A stretch of DNA of 62,152 bases from a virus. Positions 50,391 through 58,326 of this stretch are shown here, in pieces. The position numbers and the translations under genes were made by a program. Location of the stretch: positions 1 through 62,152 of IMG/VR virus record IMGVR_UViG_3300035684_000004; one strand, given 5' to 3'. Position 1 is the first letter of the stretch, and every line of letters starts with the position of its first letter. Under the pieces are notes generated by a model that saw nothing but the letters and a program-made list of their open reading frames with translations, was not told the DNA's origin and did no database searches.

Positions 50391-52072
50391 GGCTTGGCCA
50401 GCTTCGCGGCGCGCTTCTCGACGTCGGACAGCTGGTAGCCCATGCGCTCGCTCAAGAACCGCAGGTACCGGGCGGTGTGGTCCGGCTTCCCGCGCCAGTC
50501 GTTCCGGTCGGTGGCCTGTTCGTACGCCGCGAGCACGAGCGTGAGAACCTCGACCAGGCCCGCCGGCTCGGTCTTCTTCCCGGCGGCCGTGACCCGCTTG
50601 AGCAGCTCGTCGCGGGCGTAGGTGACCTTCTTGACGCCGAGCAGGGTCAGGCCGTAGGTGTCGCCGAAGTGGTCGCGGAGCGCGAACCCGTCAGCGACCA
50701 GCGCCGCCATGAGCAGCTGGGAGGTGCCCTTGGGGACGGCCTTCATCTTCACCGCGGTCTTGAGCCACTCCCGGCGCAGCTCCTCCGCCGCCGTCCACGC
50801 CTTGTTCGACGCGATGACGTCGGCGCGCTCCGCCCGGGCCTGCTCTTTCGCGGCCGCCTCGTCGAGGGGCTGGCCGACGCCGCCCATCGTGGCGGCTGAC
50901 GCGCCGCCGCGGATCGTGTGCAGGTCGGGCTGCGTGCAGACGTACGCTCCGCCGGCGTACTTCACCCACTCGGACTGGCGGGGCTTCTCGGCGAGCTCGT
51001 CGCCCGGCAGGGCGACGTCCTCCACCGGACGCGGCGTCACGACGTCCTGGTCGATCTCGTAGTCGCCGTCCTCGTCGTCGTCGAGCGCGTCGTCGCCGGC
51101 CTCGAAGTCCACCTCGTCGTTGACCATCGCGAGCACGACCCGGTGGCCGGCCCCGTGCACGAGCTCGCGGGTGTCCAGCCACACGTCGCCGTTGAAGACG
51201 TCGACCTGCACGCCGTGACCGGGGCAGTCGGCGTGCTCCGCGCCGGTCATCGTCTTGTACGGGTCGTCGGGCTCCGACACGGCGAACGACCGGAGCGCCA
51301 CGCACGGCTCGTCGTCCGGGACGACGCGCAGCCCCAGCTCGAGCGCCTTCTCCAGACCCGCCTTGACCAGCCGGTCCTCGACCTCCTTGTTGCGGACCTC
51401 CTGGATCCGCTGCCGCAGCATCCACGAGCCGCCCTGCGCGAGCTCGATCAGCTCTGCCTGCTCAGGCTTGCCGTCGAACTCGGCCAGGGCGGCCGCGACG
51501 TCGAGGTACTGGCCCGGGTTCGGCTGCTCCATCAGGAACGCCTTCGCCGTCTGCGACCGGGCCACCGTGAGCCGCTGCGCGACCGTGTCCGGCCGCGTCT
51601 TCGTGGCGGCCGCGATCTCGTCCGCCGACATGCCGAACAGCGACAGCTGCTCGACGGCGTTCAGGCGGTCCAACTCGGTTAGCCCGGCGCGGGCGTCGTT
51701 CTCCGCGATCTGCGTGAGCAACCGCTCGATCTGCGCGGGGTCGTTGTGCTGCTCGTCGCCCGCGATGAGCACGGGCACGCGGTCCAGACCGGCCTCGATG
51801 GCGCCGACGGTGCGGCGGTGCCCGAACTTGACCCGCAGCTGGTCGTAGCTCTTTCCCTTGTCAGGAACGACGACCATGCCCGTTCGGACGGCGACGATGG
51901 GCTGCAGGACGCCGTGGAGCCGCAGGGACTCGACGAACTCGGCGTCGGCGGCGGTGGTCATGCGGACGTTGCGGTCGAGCAGCAGGGACCGCGGGTCGCG
52001 GTACACGAGCTCGAGGTCGTACGTCGGGGTCCCGGCCGGTGTCGTGGCCGGTGCATCGGTGGTGCTGGTCAA
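50387..52072 (-). CDS. ParB/Spo0J-family protein (N-terminal ParB domain + HTH, long C-terminal extension)
   Basis: 561 aa. LRVKFGHRRTVGAIEAGLDRVPVLI is followed by an HTH-like SADEIAAATKTRPDTVAQRL. TTG start at 52072, with GGAGGAG 6 nt upstream. Confidence 0.72.
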   Translation of the reverse strand: MTSTTDAPATTPAGTPTYDLELVYRDPRSLLLDRNVRMTTAADAEFVESLRLHGVLQPIVAVRTGMVVVPDKGKSYDQLRVKFGHRRTVGAIEAGLDRVPVLIAGDEQHNDPAQIERLLTQIAENDARAGLTELDRLNAVEQLSLFGMSADEIAAATKTRPDTVAQRLTVARSQTAKAFLMEQPNPGQYLDVAAALAEFDGKPEQAELIELAQGGSWMLRQRIQEVRNKEVEDRLVKAGLEKALELGLRVVPDDEPCVALRSFAVSEPDDPYKTMTGAEHADCPGHGVQVDVFNGDVWLDTRELVHGAGHRVVLAMVNDEVDFEAGDDALDDDEDGDYEIDQDVVTPRPVEDVALPGDELAEKPRQSEWVKYAGGAYVCTQPDLHTIRGGASAATMGGVGQPLDEAAAKEQARAERADVIASNKAWTAAEELRREWLKTAVKMKAVPKGTSQLLMAALVADGFALRDHFGDTYGLTLLGVKKVTYARDELLKRVTAAGKKTEPAGLVEVLTLVLAAYEQATDRNDWRGKPDHTARYLRFLSERMGYQLSDVEKRAAKLAKP

Positions 52073-52109
52073 GGTGCTCTCCTCCGCTGAGAGTCGACGG
52101 GCCTGCGGG

Positions 52110-52577
52110 TCAGGCGCCGTCTCGGATGTCGTCGAACAGTGTTGCGTCCATCGTGGTGCCGCCCGTCGGCGCGACGTATCGCCGTCCGAGCTCGATGACC
52201 TCTTCGCCGGTCTGCTCGAGCCACCAGCCCGCGAACATCGACCGGTGGCACCAGCCGCCGGGCTTGGCGAGGTTGTCGAAGCACAGCAGCACGGGGTGCT
52301 GCCGGCCGCTGTTGGCCAGCAGCACGCTGATGCGCTGCTGGATCCGCTCGGGGCCGTACCCGGCGAGCATGTTCCGGTACTCCCGCTCGTACTCCGCGCG
52401 GGGGAGGACGACGGGGCGCAGGAACCGGGCGAGCGGGGTGACCTCGCGCAGAGAGGCCATGTCGCCGGCGTACGTCGGTGGCCGTCGGGTGGGCGCGCCG
52501 AGCGTGGTCCGGACGGGGAGCCGGTCGGGTGCCTGCTGGCGCTCGAACTCGCTGTACGAGCACGTGAAGATGGTCAA
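52110..52577 (-). CDS. DUF488-like protein
   Basis: 155 aa from TTG 52577 (AAGGAG 7 nt upstream). VLLCFDNLAKPGGWCHRSMFAGWW fits the LLC.E....CHR signature. Confidence 0.6.
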   Translation of the reverse strand: MTIFTCSYSEFERQQAPDRLPVRTTLGAPTRRPPTYAGDMASLREVTPLARFLRPVVLPRAEYEREYRNMLAGYGPERIQQRISVLLANSGRQHPVLLCFDNLAKPGGWCHRSMFAGWWLEQTGEEVIELGRRYVAPTGGTTMDATLFDDIRDGA

Positions 52578-52660
52578 GGCTCCGCTCCTTGGGTGGGGTG
52601 TGGTGCTACTAGTAATGGTACCAGTGGGGGTCGGTGGGGGCCCGCGTGACGGCCGGGTGG

Positions 52661-53047
52661 TCACCGCAGCCGGCGGTCGGCCTCGACCCGGGCCTGGTAC
52701 AGCACAACGACCCGGTCCCACGTCTCCGGTGAGCACGGGCGCTTGAGCCCGGCGAGGCGGGCGATCTCCTTGCGGAGGTCGGGCGGGGCCGCGGCGATGC
52801 GCTGCACGGTCCAGACGTCGGCGACGTGCGGGACGTGCGCGCCGGTGCGGCGGAAGCCGGGGGCGCCGCAGTCGAGGGACGGCAGGCCGTGCTGGGTGGT
52901 GACGACCCAGCGGCCTTCCTCGTCGCGGGTGACGGGCTCGGCGCAGCGGCGGCACCGGCGGTGGGTGGTGTTCGCGGCGATGAGCCAGCGGACGACGGTC
53001 GTGGCCTTCGCGTCGCGCTGCTCCGCGATGTGCTCCTCGAGGCTCAC
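52661..53047 (-). CDS. Hypothetical protein (128 aa)
   Basis: GTG 53047 overlaps the upstream stop. Contains HRRCRRC. Confidence 0.6.
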   Translation of the reverse strand: MSLEEHIAEQRDAKATTVVRWLIAANTTHRRCRRCAEPVTRDEEGRWVVTTQHGLPSLDCGAPGFRRTGAHVPHVADVWTVQRIAAAPPDLRKEIARLAGLKRPCSPETWDRVVVLYQARVEADRRLR

Positions 53048-53352
53048 AACGTGCCGCCGTAGAGCACGGCGGCACCGTCCGGGAACGGGAGCGCGGGCGC
53101 TTCGAGCTGGACGAGCGTCGCCTTCGGGTAGGGCACACCCGTCTCGCTGATCGTGACGTAGACCAGCGCGCGGTGCTTGTCGCTGACCCACACGTGAGTC
53201 GGGGTCCCTTCGGGGTCGTAGGTGAGGCAGACGTCCGCGAAGTCGACCCCGTGTCGGCTGAACCACGTCCACCATGCTTCGACCTCGACTGCGGGTCGTC
53301 CCAACTCGGCGATCCGGTTCGCGGTGCCCATGACCTTCTGTGCGGTGATCAC
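53044..53352 (-). CDS. Hypothetical protein (102 aa)
   Basis: GTG 53352 overlaps the upstream stop (GTGA). Confidence 0.6.
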   Translation of the reverse strand: MITAQKVMGTANRIAELGRPAVEVEAWWTWFSRHGVDFADVCLTYDPEGTPTHVWVSDKHRALVYVTISETGVPYPKATLVQLEAPALPFPDGAAVLYGGTL

Positions 53353-53783
53353 AGCAGCCGCCCGGCGGTGTCGGCGGGCACCGTCTCGATGACCAGCTCG
53401 ATGCCCTCGTACCCGACCGTGCGGTGCGCCGGGAACCGCGTCTCCGTGACTAGCGTGTCCCGGTCGTCCGGTATCAGGCCGCCGGCGACAGCACCGTCCA
53501 CCAGCGACTTGCAGGCGAGCGCCACGGCCATCGTGTCGATGGGCTGCTCGTTCTTCCGCAGGTGCGTACAGGTGACGCGCACGGGCGGTACGAGCGGCTG
53601 CGCGGTGCCTTCCTCGAGCGCCGTCTCTGCGAGCTTGCGGCCGACGTCGCGCCACTTCGTGATCTCGTCCGTGACGACGTACCCGATGGCGTTCGACCGG
53701 CCGGCCTTCGCTGCCTTCGCGAGGCCGACGAGCTCGTTCATCAGCATCGGGTCGCCGCGGAACGTGAGGACGACGCGGGCCAT
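53349..53783 (-). CDS. RusA-like Holliday-junction resolvase candidate
   Basis: 144 aa from ATG 53783 (ATGA overlap). VRVTCTHL...PIDTMAVALACKSLVDGAVAGGLIPDDRD parallels the RusA D.DN..K...D.L....DD block, but only partly. Confidence 0.45.
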   Translation of the reverse strand: MARVVLTFRGDPMLMNELVGLAKAAKAGRSNAIGYVVTDEITKWRDVGRKLAETALEEGTAQPLVPPVRVTCTHLRKNEQPIDTMAVALACKSLVDGAVAGGLIPDDRDTLVTETRFPAHRTVGYEGIELVIETVPADTAGRLL

Positions 53784-54238
53784 CACGACGTCCCGGACGA
53801 CGGCTGCTGCAGGAGCGGGTCGGACGGGTCGAGCTTCTCGGCGGTCCACGCGCCGACCGGGCCAGCGGGGAGACTGCGGTGCGCGATCGCGATCGCGGCG
53901 TCCGCGCACGTCGCGGGGTCCAGGTCGACCCGGAAGCGGCGCAGGTTCTCGAAGACCTCGACGTACCGGAACGGGTCCGCGCCCCGCTCGATCGCGGCGC
54001 GGCCGACGCGCTCGCGGAGCATGAGGTTCAGGGTGGCGATGAGCCGGTCGGTGCAGCCTTGGCACGACGCGGCGGGGTAGTGGGCCGCGGCGGCGCCGTT
54101 GAGGCGCGCGGGGGTGGGGCGGAGGCTGGCGGGGTGCCCGGCGGTGGTGGCGAGGCGGACGTGGTCGACGGCGTGGTGTCGGGCGGCGGCGACGATGACG
54201 GTGTGGCCGCAGGTGTCGTCGGTGACGATCCAGGTCAT
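53783..54238 (-). CDS. Hypothetical protein (151 aa)
   Basis: ATG 54238 is preceded by GGGAGGA. Confidence 0.65.
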   Translation of the reverse strand: MTWIVTDDTCGHTVIVAAARHHAVDHVRLATTAGHPASLRPTPARLNGAAAAHYPAASCQGCTDRLIATLNLMLRERVGRAAIERGADPFRYVEVFENLRRFRVDLDPATCADAAIAIAHRSLPAGPVGAWTAEKLDPSDPLLQQPSSGTS

Positions 54239-54282
54239 GAGGGTGGTCCTCCCGGAGGAATCGGGGGTGGATGCTGGGAACG

Positions 54283-54323
54283 GTAGGCCCGGCTCGCCCC
54301 GGGGAAGGGGCGGCCGGGCCTAC
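54283..54323 (-). terminator. 17-bp hairpin with one bulge
   Basis: GTAGGCCCGGC(T)CGCCCC-ggggaa-GGGGCGGCCGGGCCTAC. Begins 7 nt after the stop of 54330..54731. Confidence 0.7.
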
Positions 54324-54329
54324 GTGTCG

Positions 54330-54731
54330 TCAGGAGCCGTCGATGCCGGTGTGGCCGCCGGCCATGACCTCGGCGATCCAGGCGGGCATGACCGTGTCGG
54401 TGTCGTCGACGAACCCGCAGCCTTCGAGCACTTCGATGACGGAGCACGGCGGCACGTTGAGCAGCACGACGCGCTGCAGGTACTTGACCAGCTCGGGGCG
54501 CTCGCGGAGGACGTCGCCGGCGAACTCGCCCCACTCGACGGTCGCGCGCGAGTCGCTGCCCCACTTGATCTGGATCTCCCAGACGATCCCGTCGGGGAAG
54601 CCGTCGGCGGTGTGCGCCTCGTGCTGCACCGTGATCGTTGGCGTCGTGATCCCGCACGCCTGCGCGTACCAGGCCTCGTGCGCCCGGACGAACGTCCACG
54701 CCGGCGGGGTGAACGGCTGCGGGGTCACCAC
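54330..54731 (-). CDS. Hypothetical protein (~133 aa)
   Basis: GTG 54731 or 54728, overlapping the upstream stop. Confidence 0.6.
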   Translation of the reverse strand: MVTPQPFTPPAWTFVRAHEAWYAQACGITTPTITVQHEAHTADGFPDGIVWEIQIKWGSDSRATVEWGEFAGDVLRERPELVKYLQRVVLLNVPPCSVIEVLEGCGFVDDTDTVMPAWIAEVMAGGHTGIDGS

Positions 54732-55123
54732 GACTGACGCGCCTCGTGCAGCGCCGACGCGTCGGCCTGCGGGTCGTTGGCGAGGACGTCGCGCATCCTC
54801 TGCAGGTCCTCGCGGGTGTTCGCGCACCAGAACAGCTCGAACGCCGACTTCGAGTCGAGCCCCAGCAGGTCCTCGGCGACACTGGCCACCTCGTCGGTGA
54901 TGGCGCCGTCCGGGGACGTCACGAACACCTCGATGGCGTCGTCGCTGGCCCATTGGTACCCGGCCGCCAGCGCGACGTGGCCCGCGAGGCAGGCGGCGGT
55001 GCCGCAGTGCCAGGAGGCCTGCCGCCAGGTGTCCGGGTTGGCGTCGATCCGGGCGAGCGCCTTGTCGAGCAGCTCGATGTTCACGGCCGTGGCCGTGTCG
55101 GTCGTGGGTGTCGGGTCGGTCAT
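54725..55123 (-). CDS. Hypothetical protein (132 aa)
   Basis: ATG 55123 with CAGCGGAGG upstream. Confidence 0.65.
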   Translation of the reverse strand: MTDPTPTTDTATAVNIELLDKALARIDANPDTWRQASWHCGTAACLAGHVALAAGYQWASDDAIEVFVTSPDGAITDEVASVAEDLLGLDSKSAFELFWCANTREDLQRMRDVLANDPQADASALHEARQSW

Positions 55124-55160
55124 GCTCGCCTCCGCTGCGAGTAGTGGTTCAGTGGTACTC

Positions 55161-55202
55161 ATACTAGTGGGTGGTGTGGGTGCTGTACAGGCCAGCGGCA
55201 CA
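55161..55202 (-). promoter_or_regulatory. Promoter P3: TGTGCC-N7-TGTACA(-35), 17-nt spacer, -10 TAGTAT, then GTACCACTGAA
   Basis: Minus-strand reading gCTGTGCCgctggccTGTACAgcacccacaccacccacTAGTATgaGTACCACTGAAcc. Confidence 0.65.
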
Positions 55203-55217
55203 GCACCCACACCCGCG

Positions 55218-55937
55218 TCACCGGGAGCCGCGACGCGCCCGACCCTTCCGCCTCGGCTGCTGCCGGGCCGGCGGAGCGGCCGCGAGCTTCGCGGCGAGCG
55301 CCTCCACGCCGCCGGTCTGCGGCTCGACCCGGCGGGCCGGGGGGAACACGGCGGCCGCCGGGGCGGACATCAGGTTGAGCGTCGTGGTGGCCGACATCGC
55401 GAGCGCCACCGTCGGGGCGTCCTGGTCGACCGCCACGGTCCGGGTCGACGCCTCGGACGCCGCGACGGCCAGGGTCGCGGCCTCCCGGCGGGCGCGGCGG
55501 CCGTCGACGAGCGAGCGGATCCGGTCGATGTCCAGGTCGCTGAGGGACACGTTCTCGCCCCACGGGCCGTCCTCGCCGGCGGGGCGGTACCCGAGGATCA
55601 GCACGGGCCCGGCGAGGGGCTCGTCCAGGAGGCGGGTGCGGAGCCGGTCGGGGACGCCCTCGGGGAGGCGGGGGAGGAGCTCGTCGACGATCCGTTCGGC
55701 GAGCTCGTTCTGCCGGGAGCGGGGCGCGGACGCGGCCTGCCAGGCGGTGAGGATGCTGCCGCCGCGGGCGCGCCAGGTGGCCTTGGCGGCGACGTCGCTG
55801 GGGCCGACGCCGTCGACGGCGGCGGCGATCGCGTCGCGGGTGCCGCGGACGTGGACGACCTCGAGGATGCCGTCGTGGGTGATGCGGATCGCGCGGACCG
55901 GGGGCGGGCCGTGCGGGGTGTCGGGCTGGGTGGTCAT
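55218..55937 (-). CDS. Hypothetical protein (239 aa)
   Basis: ATG 55937 (ATGA overlap) with GGAGGA upstream. Confidence 0.65.
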   Translation of the reverse strand: MTTQPDTPHGPPPVRAIRITHDGILEVVHVRGTRDAIAAAVDGVGPSDVAAKATWRARGGSILTAWQAASAPRSRQNELAERIVDELLPRLPEGVPDRLRTRLLDEPLAGPVLILGYRPAGEDGPWGENVSLSDLDIDRIRSLVDGRRARREAATLAVAASEASTRTVAVDQDAPTVALAMSATTTLNLMSAPAAAVFPPARRVEPQTGGVEALAAKLAAAPPARQQPRRKGRARRGSR

Positions 55938-56224
55938 CGTTCCTCCGTTGCTGCGGTGGTGGTGCTCGGGGCCGCGTGTCCAGCGCGGCCGTGGGCGAGT
56001 GCGGTGAGCGCCGAGCGGAACGCCCGGAGCCACACGTCGATGCGCGCCGTGGGGATGGCCTGCTGCTCGGCCTCCCCGCGAACCGAGACGACGTACTCCC
56101 AGGTTCCACCCTCGGGGCGTCGGGACTCCACGAACTTGAGCAGCCCGTCCTGTTCCAGGCGCTGCAGGTCCTCGACGCGTCGTGCGTGGTTGCGGGGCGA
56201 GCGCACCGGTCCTCCTGTGGGCAT
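55934..56224 (-). CDS. Small winged-helix DNA-binding protein
   Basis: 96 aa from ATG 56224 (GGAGGA upstream). VEDLQRLEQDGLLKFVESRRPEGGTWEYVVSVRG resembles a recognition helix plus wing. Confidence 0.55.
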   Translation of the reverse strand: MPTGGPVRSPRNHARRVEDLQRLEQDGLLKFVESRRPEGGTWEYVVSVRGEAEQQAIPTARIDVWLRAFRSALTALAHGRAGHAAPSTTTAATEER

Positions 56225-56261
56225 GCGTCCTCCGTTACTCCACCTCCCGGGGGCCGGGTGG

Positions 56262-56353
56262 TGTGCCAGTGAGTTGTACAGAAGGAACTCTATTGGCAGG
56301 ACCGGGAATGTACAGGAGGAATGCGGAATGGGCGTGCAAGGAAAAGCGGAATG
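56262..56353 (-). promoter_or_regulatory. Promoter P5 (-35 TGTACA 56309..56314, -10 TAGAGT 56287..56292), downstream dyad TGTGCC-N7-TGTACA (56262..56280) and four GGAATG repeats
   Basis: GGAATG copies at 56305, 56318, 56325 and 56348. This 180-bp gap looks distinctly less GC-rich than its flanks. Confidence 0.55.
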
Positions 56354-56404
56354 CACCGAACAGGTGATTCCGCTGTCCTCTGAACGCTGCTCGGGCCCGG
56401 AGCG

Positions 56405-56854
56405 TTACGACCAGGGTGTCTCGACGGTGCACGGCGCGAGGTCCGGCCGCGCGGTCCGGACGCCGGACACGAACAGCTCCCACCACACGCCGGCCGCGGG
56501 CCCCCACACGAGCAGCGTGGCGTCGGGGTCGGCGAGCAGCGCGTCGACCTCGGCGCCGTGCCGCACGAGCAGGAACAGGTCGTACGCCCACCCGTCGTAG
56601 CGGCCTTCGTGCTCGACGAGGCCGTGGCAGCCGGTCGTGCCGGACCCGCAGAGGACGACGGCGAGGCGGGGGTCCAGCGGACGGGACGTGCCTCCCGCGC
56701 CGCGGGGGAGGATGTGCTGCAGCGTCGGCCGGTCCCGAGTGCCGCACGCCAGGCAGGTGCGGCCGTCGCGCTCCATGACCTGCGCGTAGACCTCGGCGTC
56801 CGCGGCCGCGAGCTCGGCGCGCCGGTGCTGCTGAGGTGTCTTCGACGTCCGCAC
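56405..56854 (-). CDS. HNH endonuclease
   Basis: About 149 aa from GTG 56854. CLACG...LQHILPRGAGG...LCGSGTTGCHGLVE. Confidence 0.7.
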   Translation of the reverse strand: MRTSKTPQQHRRAELAAADAEVYAQVMERDGRTCLACGTRDRPTLQHILPRGAGGTSRPLDPRLAVVLCGSGTTGCHGLVEHEGRYDGWAYDLFLLVRHGAEVDALLADPDATLLVWGPAAGVWWELFVSGVRTARPDLAPCTVETPWS

Positions 56855-56873
56855 TGTGCCACCGTATGGCACA
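56855..56873. promoter_or_regulatory. Perfect dyad TGTGCC-N7-GGCACA abutting the HNH start codon
   Basis: Read directly: tgtgcc accgtat ggcaca. Confidence 0.6.
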
Positions 56874-57040
56874 CCACCACGGCGGGGGCCGGTAACGGGC
56901 CGCGCACGGTGTGCGATGGGGCCGGACGTGGTGCGGGACCCCGCTGATTCCTCCAGCGGGGTCCCGCTCGCGCAGTCTGCCACCGGGGCCGGGAACCGGC
57001 CAGCGTCAGCCGTGGCGGAGGGCTGACGCTGGCCGGTGCT

Positions 57041-57358
57041 CTAGCGGTCGCCCGCGGCGCGCTGCGCCCAGTCCGGGCCGGCGGCGGCCAGCTCGCGCCA
57101 CCGGTCGGTTGCGGGCCGGACGGTGCCGGGCGGCTCCCAGCCGGTGCGCTTCCCGTTCGGGGACGACACGACCCGCCCGCAGGCGTCGCACTCGGCGTCG
57201 AGGAACACGACGGAGCCGGTGACGGTCGCGGGGAGCGGGCGGAGCTTCCCGTCGCAGCCGAGGCGGCCGCAGTCGCCGGTGGGCTCCTGGCGCTGGACGG
57301 CGTCCATCCAGTCGGCGAGCAGCTGGGCGCGGGCGGGGTCGGGGGCCTGGTCGGTCAT
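57041..57358 (-). CDS. Hypothetical zinc-ribbon-like protein (105 aa)
   Basis: ATG 57358 with GGAGG upstream. CGRLGCDGK...CDACG. Confidence 0.65.
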   Translation of the reverse strand: MTDQAPDPARAQLLADWMDAVQRQEPTGDCGRLGCDGKLRPLPATVTGSVVFLDAECDACGRVVSSPNGKRTGWEPPGTVRPATDRWRELAAAGPDWAQRAAGDR

Positions 57359-58056
57359 CGGGTGCCTCCGGTGGGGGCGGTGTCTGGTCGTCCCGCTCGG
57401 GCGCGGGCTCTGGCTGTTGTCCGTGCTGGTGCTCATTGTGACGGGGTTCTGTGCTGCGCGCTAGCACGAACCCCCGTGGCGTGGCTGCACGTCGAGCAGG
57501 ACAGGGCGTCGTCCTCTTGTGGTCACCTCTCAACCCCGCCGAGGTGCTCTGCCTGCCTGTCGCCCTGGTGAGGATCGAGTTCTAGGTCAACACCCTCTGC
57601 CGGTGACCACCGGCAGCACCTCCTGCGGAGGTGAGGTGGAGTGCCTACCGGCACCGCCTACTGGACCAGCTCGCTGCGCTCGCCTGATTCACCCGGGCCC
57701 TCACCCCCCAAGGTTCTGGTCGGGGCAGCATCCACCGCGTGTCGTTCGCCCGTAGCTGGGCACAGCGATCTGCCTCCATCTGACGGAGGATCACCCGGCC
57801 GAACTGCGCCGGGGAGGGTACAGCGTGCTGCTTCGACGGTCGCGCCAGACGGTGCTCACCGATACGATGGTGAGCACGTCAGCTCGTGCGTCCCGGTGGC
57901 CCTACCACCGGTTCTGATCGCCTTGCTGGCCAGCCTCTACACCCGTTCCCGCGGGTGATGAGGTGTGCCTGCCCTGAGGCTAGGGGATGGGGCCCGCCGG
58001 ATCCAGTTGGTCCGGCGGGCCCCGCACGCACTTCGCACTCACGGCGCGTGTCGCTG
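57359..58056 (-). other. ~0.7-kb ORF-free, hairpin-dense region (candidate large structured RNA or cis-acting DNA element)
   Basis: No credible ORF in any frame. There are at least 10 short GC-rich hairpins, for example 57597..57616, 57617..57633, 57852..57877, 57893..57911 and 57989..58023. Confidence 0.5.
57989..58023 (-). terminator. 13-bp hairpin 34 nt after the stop of 58057..58326
   Basis: GGGGCCCGCCGGA-9 nt-TCCGGCGGGCCCC read directly. Confidence 0.6.
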
Positions 58057-58326
58057 CTACCCGGGCGCGTCGCCCACAGCCACGTCCACACCCTGTGCAC
58101 GACGTCGCGTCTTCCGGCACCACGCGCGCAGCCGGTGCCGGTCCTGACGCCGCTTGCCGCACCCACACCCGCACAGCCCCTCCGGCGGGCTCGGCGCCGG
58201 AGGCGGCGCCTGGTGGTACGTGCACCGCCCGTTCAGCCACCCGCGCCGCTGACACCGCTGGCCGGCGTTCGGGCCCCAGCGGATCGGCTCCCAGCAGACC
58301 AGGTCGCCCGGACGCGCGAGGTTCAC
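58057..58326 (-). CDS. Cys-rich small protein (89 aa)
   Basis: GTG 58326 lies 5 nt after the upstream stop, with GAGGGG upstream. Peptide LVCWEPIRWGPNAGQRCQRRGWLNGRCTYHQ... Confidence 0.5.
   Translation of the reverse strand: MNLARPGDLVCWEPIRWGPNAGQRCQRRGWLNGRCTYHQAPPPAPSPPEGLCGCGCGKRRQDRHRLRAWCRKTRRRAQGVDVAVGDAPG

Noticed and set aside
52578-52660. A further member of the P1-P4 promoter family upstream of the DUF488-like gene. It contains ACTAGTA and GGTACCAGT strings, as does 61385..61460.
   Set aside because: The ACTAGT/GGTAC words are present, but I could not place a -35 hexamer or the TGTGCC dyad at the family spacing. It is left unannotated.
57359-58056. Identity of the ORF-free region as RNase P RNA, tmRNA, a group II intron domain V or a cobalamin riboswitch.
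   Set aside because: I looked on both strands for their hallmark strings: GAGGAAAGUCCGGGC and ACAGAACCCGGCUUA, a tRNA-like end with a tag ORF, the domain V hairpin, and the B12 box. I found none.
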